The position numbers were made by a program, and so were the translations under genes. Of a DNA stretch of 32,000 nucleotides, positions 1 to 7,289 are shown in pieces (position 1 is the stretch's first letter; every line of letters starts with the position of its first letter). The notes beneath the pieces were generated by a model. It searched no databases, was not told the origin of the DNA, and was given only the letters and a program-made list of their open reading frames with translations. Location: assembly GCF_003231495.1 (NCBI RefSeq), contig NZ_PQWO01000027.1, positions 19,854 through 51,853 of the forward strand, read 5' to 3'. Source of the DNA: Acaryochloris thomasi RCC1774 (GTDB lineage Bacteria; Cyanobacteriota; Cyanobacteriia; Thermosynechococcales; Thermosynechococcaceae).

Positions 1-10
1 CACATAATCC

Positions 11-2263
11 TTACGAATACTCAAGCTCCCTTAGGGCTTGATTCACCTCTTGTAGGTCAAAGGCTTTCGGGTCAAACTCGCTCCCAACCCATTCTTTCCG
101 TTCCCTGTGATCACTATGTCGGGGATTTTTCAGCACCTTCAACAAATGGGCATACCCCCAGTCCCCGCCACAGTCTTCCGGTGGACAAGCCTGCTTTCCG
201 GCCAGACACACTGGATAGGTTTTCTCAGGCTCACTTGCTAGCCTTTTTTCTACCTCGATTTCGTGCTGCCACATATCACCAAGGTTGTATAGGTAGGAGA
301 ATGAAAACAACTCATTCCCAATTAACTCCGCTAAGGTAAGAGTCTCATCCTCCTCGTCCTCATTGACCGAGAACTTGTGAAGATGGTAGCCCTCCCACCC
401 CATCGCAGCTTGTACCACTGGATGAAGTTGGGCCAGCGTCATGACCTCTGACACTTGAAGCCGCCGCCAGACCTTAGGCTGGACTCCCAAAAGCGTAATT
501 TTCAATTGATAGACGCTGGTTACATGGACTGCATCTAAAGAATCTTCTACAGCCGTAATTTTTGGACAGTCTAGCGGTTCCTCAGTAGAGGCCAGCTCCA
601 GTACTTGATCCACCATCTCCCACTCACAATTCACTTTGCAATTATCCAGCTCTGCGATCATCTCCATCCGCCAGAACATATCACCAATAATTTGCGATAT
701 TTCATCCTTCTCGTGATAGGTCAGAGTTAGCAAGTACTCATTACCCCGAGGTTTCGTCTTCTGGCCTTGAACATCGCTGAACACCTGCCGCTCAATCTCC
801 TTGCGGACCTTCGATTTTTTACGGCCTTCGACCCAGAGCTTGAAGCGCACCTGGGCCTGATGCTCAACGGCGGTGTCCCCATACCTTAAAGGCATCTGTA
901 GCTTAAGCCCAGACTCCAGATCAACTAGTGCAGTCTCAGGAGAATTAACCTCTTCCCTCTCCTGAGACTGTATATCTGGCGATTGTCCTTCTTCAGCAAC
1001 CTTCACACCAAACATTTCCGGCATACCGTAGGCCAGCTCAAGCATTTGCTCCAGCGCCTCAATGTTCTCCTGCCAAAGCTCTGCGAAAGTAATGTCCCCA
1101 TCATCAAACTCCACTTGGCCCAACGGTTCCTTTCCTGTCAACTGCACCAATCCCCCCAGCAGCTTCCGCTGCTTCCTATCTAAAGACTTTGCATACACCA
1201 ACTCCTTAGACTCTTCAATGGAGCGGTAATACGCCTCCACCGCAGCTTCCTGCTCCGCCCCCATCGTGTAGCGCCGAAACGATCTCTCGTCCGTGTGCCC
1301 CGTCAACCGCATCGCATGGGCCGGGTCCATGCCCTTCCGCAGCATCTCAGAAGCCCCCGTGTGCCGCAGCCGGTGGGGATGAATATCAGGAACCCCCGAG
1401 ATCTCCCCAATCGCCTCCACCATCTGATAGACCCCCTGGTAGGACAATCGCTGGCCGCCCCACCCGCGATGCTGAGAGAGAAACAGAGGAAAGTCAGGCT
1501 GCAGCTCCTCTCCCTGGTCTCGCCGCCAGTCTAAATACTCCGCTACCGCCTTCTGGCCCGCAGGGCTGAGGGGCACCAAGCGAGGCTGTTTATTCTTCGA
1601 TATCGGAATCGAGATCAGACGCCCATCAAACGATCCGACATTGGTGGCCACCACCTCTCCGGATCGCATCCCACTGGCCAGCAAGTGCAGCAATGCCAGA
1701 TCTCTCACTTGAGTACGCCCCCGCTGGACCACCGCCGCCCACACCTTCTCCATATTCTCAGCCGAGATATCCTGTGGCATCGGCACCGGCAACCGCTCGA
1801 ATTTGACCCCCTCAGTCGGGTTCTCCGGGCACAGCTCAGGATGAAACGTATTCAACCACCGAAAGAACGACTTGAGGGCCGTCAAAGCCGCATTGACGCT
1901 GCTCTTCGAGAGCGTTTTCCCCGGCTTAACCTCATGCTCCATCAAATAGGCTTTGTACTGCCCCAACTGCCGGAGCTTCAGCTCAGACCAAGCAGAGTGG
2001 GTCCAGCCCAAAAAACGCTTCAATTCACGCTCATAGAGCTTCCGAGAGTTGGCTGCTAGATTGCTCGCTCTCAGAAACTCCTGCACCACCGGCCAGCGGA
2101 TATCAGCAGGGGTCTCAATTTGCCGGGGCCGTCCCTGCCGTTGCCTCGATTCGGGCCTCTCCTCCGCCACCGGGATGGCCACCACCATTACTGGGGGAAT
2201 TGACTTCGGAGCGATCGCCATCTCGTTACCTCGCGGACCTTCTATAATAGTGGCATATTTCAA
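11..2263 (-). CDS. Tyrosine recombinase (phage-integrase family) fused to a C-terminal pRiA4b ORF-3-like (PF07929 / MM3350-like) domain
   Basis: 750-aa ORF. The N-terminal half carries integrase hallmarks: SGMRSGE, HPHRLRHTGAS and GHTDERSFRRYT, giving the R..HxxR..H..Y pattern. The last ~190 aa match the pRiA4b ORF-3 family signature: YQLKITLLGVQPKVWRRLQV, LAQLHPVVQAAMGWEGYHLHKF, CLAGKQACPPEDCGGDWGY and FDPKAFDL. The track start at 2263 is TTG; an in-frame ATG at 2221 is an alternative start. Confidence 0.8.
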   Translation of the reverse strand: MKYATIIEGPRGNEMAIAPKSIPPVMVVAIPVAEERPESRQRQGRPRQIETPADIRWPVVQEFLRASNLAANSRKLYERELKRFLGWTHSAWSELKLRQLGQYKAYLMEHEVKPGKTLSKSSVNAALTALKSFFRWLNTFHPELCPENPTEGVKFERLPVPMPQDISAENMEKVWAAVVQRGRTQVRDLALLHLLASGMRSGEVVATNVGSFDGRLISIPISKNKQPRLVPLSPAGQKAVAEYLDWRRDQGEELQPDFPLFLSQHRGWGGQRLSYQGVYQMVEAIGEISGVPDIHPHRLRHTGASEMLRKGMDPAHAMRLTGHTDERSFRRYTMGAEQEAAVEAYYRSIEESKELVYAKSLDRKQRKLLGGLVQLTGKEPLGQVEFDDGDITFAELWQENIEALEQMLELAYGMPEMFGVKVAEEGQSPDIQSQEREEVNSPETALVDLESGLKLQMPLRYGDTAVEHQAQVRFKLWVEGRKKSKVRKEIERQVFSDVQGQKTKPRGNEYLLTLTYHEKDEISQIIGDMFWRMEMIAELDNCKVNCEWEMVDQVLELASTEEPLDCPKITAVEDSLDAVHVTSVYQLKITLLGVQPKVWRRLQVSEVMTLAQLHPVVQAAMGWEGYHLHKFSVNEDEEDETLTLAELIGNELFSFSYLYNLGDMWQHEIEVEKRLASEPEKTYPVCLAGKQACPPEDCGGDWGYAHLLKVLKNPRHSDHRERKEWVGSEFDPKAFDLQEVNQALRELEYS

Positions 2264-2289
2264 TAATAAATATTGGGCTAATATCTTAG

Positions 2290-2307
2290 CTATGACTAAA
2301 CTATGAC
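2290..2307. repeat. Direct repeat CTATGAC x2 with 11-bp period in the recombinase/hicA divergent intergenic region
   Basis: CTATGAC occurs at 2290-2296 and again at 2301-2307, read directly from the sequence. A second tandem repeat, AATCTAA x2, lies at about 2333-2346. Confidence 0.6.
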
Positions 2308-2364
2308 GAATAAGAGATGGTAAGATGATCTGAGAATCTAAAATCTAAGCAGCGAGAGGATTCG

Positions 2365-2580
2365 ATGCCCAAGAAGATTCGAGAGATCAAGGCTATGCTC
2401 AAGGAGGCTGGCTTCATTGTCCGGTCGGGAAAAGGGTCACACAATAACTGGAAGCATCCCCGGTTGCCCCAGGTGATCACGGTGGCTCGTAAGGATGGAG
2501 CCGATGCCCCCCGCTATCTGGAACGAAAGGTTTCTCAAGCCCTGCAGCAGTTGAAGGAGTTACCCGATGACGCAGACTAA
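2365..2580 (+). CDS. hicA: HicA-family type II toxin (mRNA interferase)
   Basis: 71 aa. IKAMLKEAGFIVRSGKGSHNNWKHP fits the HicA/YcfA pattern (GSH..W.HP). It overlaps the downstream hicB by 14 nt. Confidence 0.85.
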   Translation: MPKKIREIKAMLKEAGFIVRSGKGSHNNWKHPRLPQVITVARKDGADAPRYLERKVSQALQQLKELPDDAD

Positions 2581-2788
2581 GTATCGAATGATCATTGAAT
2601 GGTCAGATGAGGATTCTTGCTTTGTGGTGTCTCTGCCGGACTTTGAGCGGGTGACGCAGCCGGTGACGGATGGCACCACCTATGAAGCGGCAGCTCGGCA
2701 AGGGCAAGAAGCGATTGAGTCCTTAGTGGATTTCTATGAAGCTGAGGGGTGGACTTTGCCCGTCCCGCAGACGTTGCAGGTGGCCTAG
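2567..2788 (+). CDS. hicB: HicB-family antitoxin, N-terminal (UPF0150-like) domain only
   Basis: 73 aa. YRMIIEWSDEDSCFVVSLPDF...TDGTTYEAAARQGQEAIESLVDFYEAEGWTLPVP is typical of the HicB N-domain. No C-terminal RHH/HTH DNA-binding domain is visible. Confidence 0.8.
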   Translation: MTQTKYRMIIEWSDEDSCFVVSLPDFERVTQPVTDGTTYEAAARQGQEAIESLVDFYEAEGWTLPVPQTLQVA

Positions 2789-2792
2789 GACA

Positions 2793-3275
2793 ATGGCTCG
2801 GCCCCTGGCAGAGAAATGTCGGCGGTGTGCCAAGCTGTCGGTGACTGAAGCGAAGGAGAAGGACTGCTGGGCAGGGCAAGTCTGTCATGTTCGTCGTCAT
2901 GGGTACCGGAATCGCGATCGCTACAACAAGCAGAAGAAAAAGCAGTATGCCATTGCAACCGGCAAGATCATTCCAGAGATCACGGTGGCTGTACCTGCGA
3001 CTCCGGCTGCGATTCTGCATCTGTATCGAGTGAGGGTGGATGCACCCCTCCATGCGATCGCCGCTGAACTGTGGATCGGGCAACAGCAGGTTGCGAAAGT
3101 TGAACCTGTGCATTGCCTGGGGTGGACAGGAATGCAAGTGAAACAGTATTCGCGGGAGGTACTGAAAGGCTTTTCAGGTCAGCTTGAGGATGTTGTGCTG
3201 GACCGCTTTGAAACAACGGTGGAGTTGAATCCAAACCAGTGCCCGATCCGTCCATGTCCTCTCCACCCTGAGTAA
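2793..3275 (+). CDS. Hypothetical protein with an N-terminal Cys cluster (CxxC-x12-Cx5C) and a basic stretch
   Basis: The ATG at 2793 lies 4 nt after the hicB stop; the track ORF 2736..3275 overlaps hicB, so I prefer the ATG. Sequence begins MARPLAEKCRRCAKLSVTEAKEKDCWAGQVCH, followed by RRHGYRNRDRYNKQKKKQY. I recognise no family. Confidence 0.55.
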   Translation: MARPLAEKCRRCAKLSVTEAKEKDCWAGQVCHVRRHGYRNRDRYNKQKKKQYAIATGKIIPEITVAVPATPAAILHLYRVRVDAPLHAIAAELWIGQQQVAKVEPVHCLGWTGMQVKQYSREVLKGFSGQLEDVVLDRFETTVELNPNQCPIRPCPLHPE

Positions 3276-3280
3276 TATTA

Positions 3281-3922
3281 ATGAGTGTTATTCAGCTAGA
3301 ACTCGATCTTTGGCAGCAGCTTGCCGTAGCTGAGGAATACCCTGAGCAGACTAACGTTGAGCAGTTGTGCTTAGGGTTAGATCTGATGCTGACTCAGGTG
3401 TCTCCTAAGCGGCAGTTAGAGATGGCTGGGGAAGCCTTTCTACAGATTGCTGAAGTCTTCAATCGTCGAGCGGATATGCTGCTCAATGATTGGAAGCAGG
3501 CTCACAGTGAGGAGGGGCCGGTGCTGGACTTGGGAGAGCTAGAGGTGCTGGTCCGTCAGTCGATGGTGTTTGATCTCGATGAATTGTTCGCTGAGCCTGA
3601 GCTTGTCACTAGGCGCACTTTCCCAAAAGAGGAAGGGGACTCTGTGGTTGCGATCGTGGAGAAAGAGGTGTTGCTTCAGGAGCTGGAGTTGCAGCAGCCG
3701 GAAGAGGTATTTGCTGTGATTGAGGAGGAAAACGTGGCGGCTTGGGTGGATGCGATCGCACAACGATTGCGGGCCAGGGGAGGTAGTGACTCTGCGATCG
3801 CACTGCAGCAGCACCTAGAGTTGTCTTGGGGACGGTTATGGCTGGGACTGCTGCTTGGTGGGTTCGAGTTGGAGAGCGATCGCTTTTACAGTCGGGAAAT
3901 TGAAGTGAGCTGTGTACGTTGA
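3281..3922 (+). CDS. ScpA-like kleisin (short, acidic)
   Basis: 213 aa, starting 5 nt after the upstream stop. The N-terminus LELDLW...(38 aa)...LEMAGEAFLQIAEVFNRRADMLL has the same spacing as B. subtilis ScpA GPLDLL...LDIASEYLVMAATLLSIKSRMLL. The C-terminus AIAQRL..IALQQHL..RLWLGLLLGGFELESDRFYSREIEV resembles the ScpA C-terminal winged helix (..VVTFLAILEL...IIEQE.NFSDIYI; cyanobacterial ..FWALLLLS...VEL.QEEFY.DL.I). Confidence 0.5.
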   Translation: MSVIQLELDLWQQLAVAEEYPEQTNVEQLCLGLDLMLTQVSPKRQLEMAGEAFLQIAEVFNRRADMLLNDWKQAHSEEGPVLDLGELEVLVRQSMVFDLDELFAEPELVTRRTFPKEEGDSVVAIVEKEVLLQELELQQPEEVFAVIEEENVAAWVDAIAQRLRARGGSDSAIALQQHLELSWGRLWLGLLLGGFELESDRFYSREIEVSCVR

Positions 3923-4299
3923 CAAATCTCAAAAAAATCGAAGCATTGCTCAATCCTCTGGATACATCATCTACCGAGTGCGATGGTATGACTCGCTTAT
4001 GCCATACTGTTCTCTCCAGAGAGTCGATAGAACACAGTGTTTACATCGGTTCATGTCGGGTAGAAAGCCAGGAAATTCCGCTTCACTTCTGGATAGAGCT
4101 GCTGGGGGAACACAAGGGGTACATCGTTGATTATCGTTTAGGGATGTGGATGCGCGATGTTGTGATTCAGGTTCCTCACGGGATATTCAAGGCCGACACA
4201 TTCCGTCACGTCAGTTACCAGGGTGAGGCAATCGACATTCCCTATTTGCCAGAGCCACTCTTTCAGATTTTGTCGATGAGCGCTCCGCTTATCCAGTGA
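3919..4299 (+). CDS. Hypothetical protein with a transglutaminase/papain-like Cys-His-Asp spacing
   Basis: 126 aa. The TTG start overlaps the upstream stop (TTGA). ECDGMTRLCHTVL..(35 aa C to H)..PLHFWIELLGEHKGYIVDYR resembles the transglutaminase-core pattern G.C...(~35-45)...H.W.E...(~15)...D. Confidence 0.4.
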   Translation: MTNLKKIEALLNPLDTSSTECDGMTRLCHTVLSRESIEHSVYIGSCRVESQEIPLHFWIELLGEHKGYIVDYRLGMWMRDVVIQVPHGIFKADTFRHVSYQGEAIDIPYLPEPLFQILSMSAPLIQ

Positions 4300-4300
4300 T

Positions 4301-4486
4301 GTGGGAGGAGATGCGATCGCACAAAGGCTAGCAGCCACCGAGAATGGTAGTGACTCTCTCGTCGCATTGCAGAAGCACCTAAAGCTATCCTGGGGGCGGC
4401 TGTGGTTGGGGCTATTGCTAGGGGGCTTTGTGTTGGAGTCGGATGGTGAGCACTTTTATGGTGGTGGGATCACTATCCGTTTCTGA
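4301..4486 (+). CDS. Second, diverged copy of the kleisin C-terminal winged-helix segment, either stand-alone or separated from the 126-aa ORF by a frameshift
   Basis: 61 aa. DAIAQRL...GSDSLVALQKHLKLSWGRLWLGLLLGGFVLESDGEHFYGGGITI parallels residues ~155-210 of the 3281..3922 product. Most conserved codons differ synonymously between the two copies. The only start in this frame is GTG at 4301, 1 nt after the upstream TGA, with no obvious SD. Confidence 0.4.
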   Translation: MGGDAIAQRLAATENGSDSLVALQKHLKLSWGRLWLGLLLGGFVLESDGEHFYGGGITIRF

Positions 4487-5032
4487 ATATCGCTGAAGTT
4501 GAGAGGGAAAGTTCAATACAACCAGACGCAGTAGGAGATGATCGCGTGTAGGAATCGATTGTCGTTTGTTGGCAATGCTCATCACCTAAACCTGGCATAG
4601 GCATGGTTAGGGTGCCATACCGAATTCCTTGAACAGTTCGGCACTGTATCAGATGCATTGCTTAGATGATCGCTTCAGCCACCCTGGCCAACATTGCAGA
4701 TCAACAAAACTGGAAACCCGTAATCAGTTGAGGGTTCTCATCTTTCTAAATACCTGCCCGCCTTTCTCATACTTTACAAGGCCACGATTTAGCATCTATA
4801 TTTCAGCCTAAAGCATACTAAGCAGGCAACACAGGTAGGGCAAATCACCACGAAATGACTTCAGCTTAATAAATATATCACTAAGAAATGTAACAGAAAG
4901 TTGCCTTAGTTAAGAATTTATGCAGATCCCTGATCCCGGTGCTAGCTTAGATGCTGATACCTAGTCAAAATCAATGTTCGCATCAAGGAGGCACCTACCT
5001 ATGCTCTACATCTATCTAGTCTGAGGCTATCT

Positions 5033-5058
5033 CATTCAAGTATGGCCATACTTGAATG
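5033..5058. repeat. Perfect 26-bp palindrome CATTCAAGTATGGCCATACTTGAATG
   Basis: Read directly; the sequence is its own reverse complement. GTCTGAG occurs on both sides (about 5020-5026 and 5059-5065). It lies in an ~860-bp ORF-poor gap (4487-5344). Confidence 0.85.
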
Positions 5059-5344
5059 GTCTGAGCAGTCTTTCTGGTTTAGCCCTTCTTCACTTTTGTT
5101 GGGAGTTTTCCTCAAGCTCATCTCAAGTCAATTGCCCATTGTCTCTTAGCCGTAACGTCCCATGCGTAATCCTGGGCGTATATGTACTAAAGACGATCTG
5201 AGTCCAAGATTTTTTTAATTTAAGTTTTTTAATCCTGATAGACCTGTTGTTTTCCGTCTGATGGGAGTGTGTGCTGTTGCCTATGTTGATTCTATGGCAG
5301 GGATGACAGCTTGATAATCCATTGGACTTTGTGGGAGGAGAAGC

Positions 5345-6139
5345 ATGAAACTGATTGGAAAAACAGCTCTGGTGACGGGCGCTTCCCGTGGGATTGGTCG
5401 GGAGATTGCCCTGGAGTTAGCCCGTGAAGGAATTGCTCGCCTAGTCTTGGTCGCCCGTGATCGGCAGCGATTAGCAGCGGTGGCTGAGGAAATTAAACAG
5501 ATGGGCGTAGAGGCCATCTTGGTCCCTTTGGATTTAACGCAGATCGGGGAGGTCCGAATTGCGATGGCTCGCGTTTGGCAGCATCAAGGCCCCATTCATC
5601 TATTGATTAATTGCGCTGGAGTGGCCCATCAACTGCCTTTTTTGCAAGCCCGTCTTCCCGACGTTCAGGAAGAGATTGCCCTCAATCTAATGGGCACTTA
5701 TACGGTGACTCATTTAATTGCTCGTCGGATGGCCCGGAAGCGGGAAGGACGAATCGTCAATGTGTCGAGCTTGATGGGTAAGGTGGCTGCACCGACAATG
5801 GCGACCTATTCAGCGACTAAGTTTGCTCTTGTGGGCTTTACCCATGCACTTCGGGGAGAACTAGCTCCCTACAACATCCGGGTCTCGGCTCTGTTACCGT
5901 CTTTGACTGAAACGGATATGGTGCGGAACCTAGAACGGTTCCGATGGGTGGTGCCAACGTCTCCCCAGAAGGTGGCTCAGGTTTTGGTTGCCAGTCTGGA
6001 AAAAGAGTCGGCTGAAATCCTGGTGGGATGGCAGAGTCATTTGGCCGTGTGGTGCAACCGAATCGCACCGGGCATCCTGGAGCAAGTGCTAAGGATGACG
6101 GCCCCCAAGACTCGGTTTGCTCCTGCTCTACGACTATAG
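5345..6139 (+). CDS. Short-chain dehydrogenase/reductase (SDR) family oxidoreductase
   Basis: 264 aa. It has the TGASRGIG cofactor motif, NCAG, and the YSATK catalytic Tyr-x3-Lys. The SD-like GGGAGGAG lies upstream of the ATG. Confidence 0.9.
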   Translation: MKLIGKTALVTGASRGIGREIALELAREGIARLVLVARDRQRLAAVAEEIKQMGVEAILVPLDLTQIGEVRIAMARVWQHQGPIHLLINCAGVAHQLPFLQARLPDVQEEIALNLMGTYTVTHLIARRMARKREGRIVNVSSLMGKVAAPTMATYSATKFALVGFTHALRGELAPYNIRVSALLPSLTETDMVRNLERFRWVVPTSPQKVAQVLVASLEKESAEILVGWQSHLAVWCNRIAPGILEQVLRMTAPKTRFAPALRL

Positions 6140-6493
6140 TCACCTCGGCTCTTACCTTGGTTGGTTGTTGGACAATTGGGTCAGAAGGAGGTCTGAATGC
6201 TCAATACAAAGAGTTTCAATCCAAGACTTGAGCGACTCGCTCATGGGCCAAATCGTCCATCTCTAGGAGTATGGCTCGGATGAAGGACAGTATCTGCCAT
6301 CATCAACACCACATCATCCAGGTCAATGATGGTACGACACTGTCCTTATCTTGAATTAGCTTTAGTGAGGATAACTTACTAATTAGTAGATAAGACTACA
6401 AAATCTAACAAATTTAATCTATATTGCTATTTTTTAATTGCATTCTTAAATGTTTGCGTTATATTAAGGACTCATTCACAAAGCAACAGACCT

Positions 6494-7261
6494 ATGATTG
6501 CTAACCTATCAATTCCAATGGAATCTAAACGTCAGGGTGGCGATCAACTCGTCAGCAAGGTTGTGACCACTGCCATTTCTGCGTTGCTGAGGCAAACAGA
6601 GTTATTAGAGGTCAACGTCAGGGCTGAGCCAGTGGCAAAGCTGCTTCAGGGCAGCGTCGATGGCTTTGACTGTGTGGGGCAGGGACTGCTGATGCACAGC
6701 GGCCTTCAAGTTGACCAGATGGAGTTTCATCTACAGGCGCTCTCCATTGACTTTGGTGCTCTTTTTCGAGGGCAAGTCCAACTTCGACAGCCGACGCAGG
6801 CTTCCATGCGGATTGCGCTAACCGAGGATAACTTAACGGAATCCTTCAATACACCCTTTCTCAAGGAGAAGCTCCAGCAGCTCTCATGGGAGGGACAGTC
6901 TCTGATGTTTGAGAGGACTCGGATTAGTGTTAACGAAGATCAGTCGCTGCGGATGCAAAGCTGGGTTCGCCAAGGTGAGGCTGAACAACTGTTTGAAATT
7001 GATATTACGGCTCGGGTTGAGGTTGAAAACCGACGCAAACTGAAATTTGTAGAGGTGACCTACGGTGGTGATCCGACGGCTGTAGCGTTAGGTCAAATGC
7101 TGACTGAACATGTAAATCAGTTACTGGATTTAGATCAGTTTGCCTTGGACGGGATGCAGCTTCGTGTAGATCAGCTACGGCTACGTAACAAGCAGCTCAC
7201 GCTATATGGTGTTGCCCTTATCGAGAAGTTTCCACAGCGAAATAGAGGGTGGCAACCATAG
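6494..7261 (+). CDS. DUF2993 (LmeA-like) family protein
   Basis: 255 aa. The pattern LVSKVV...LEVNVRAEP..KLLQGSVDGFDCVGQGL...GLQVDQMEF...IDFGALFRGQVQLRQP..ASMRIALTEDNL resembles cyanobacterial DUF2993 proteins as I remember them. Confidence 0.5.
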   Translation: MIANLSIPMESKRQGGDQLVSKVVTTAISALLRQTELLEVNVRAEPVAKLLQGSVDGFDCVGQGLLMHSGLQVDQMEFHLQALSIDFGALFRGQVQLRQPTQASMRIALTEDNLTESFNTPFLKEKLQQLSWEGQSLMFERTRISVNEDQSLRMQSWVRQGEAEQLFEIDITARVEVENRRKLKFVEVTYGGDPTAVALGQMLTEHVNQLLDLDQFALDGMQLRVDQLRLRNKQLTLYGVALIEKFPQRNRGWQP

Positions 7262-7289
7262 AGAGTCTTTCACGCTCTATGTCGCTCTC

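Noticed and set aside
983-2306. Plus-strand track ORFs (66, 79, 124 and 85 aa) inside the recombinase gene.
   Set aside because: They are antisense to a well-supported 750-aa CDS. Their products are Arg/Pro/Leu-rich, typical of reverse-frame artefacts, and show no motifs.
2335-2344. The 10-mer AATCTAAAAT is shared with 17722-17731 at the IS left flank.
   Set aside because: A single shared 10-mer in 32 kb on two strands is within chance expectation, and there is no extended similarity.
2592-3255. Minus-strand ORFs of 181 aa and 91 aa overlapping hicB and the Cys-rich ORF.
   Set aside because: They are antisense to tightly coupled plus-strand genes. Their composition is Pro/Ser/Arg-rich low complexity, and they have no start context or motif.
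3539-3953. Minus-strand ORFs of 91 and 114 aa, and the plus-strand ORF 3912..4130.
   Set aside because: They overlap the supported kleisin-like and 126-aa ORFs in other frames and show no recognisable features.
4280-4301. Programmed +1 ribosomal frameshift joining the 126-aa ORF to the kleisin-tail copy.
   Set aside because: There is no slippery sequence at ATC CAG TGA. The SD-like GGGAGGAG lies downstream of the stop rather than upstream as in prfB-type sites. Reinitiation or a simple frameshift or sequencing error are more economical explanations.
3749-4468. The two ~150-nt repeats might be a diversity-generating retroelement template/variable repeat pair.
   Set aside because: The differences between copies are of all substitution types and mostly synonymous, not adenine-specific. 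No reverse transcriptase ORF is present in the window.
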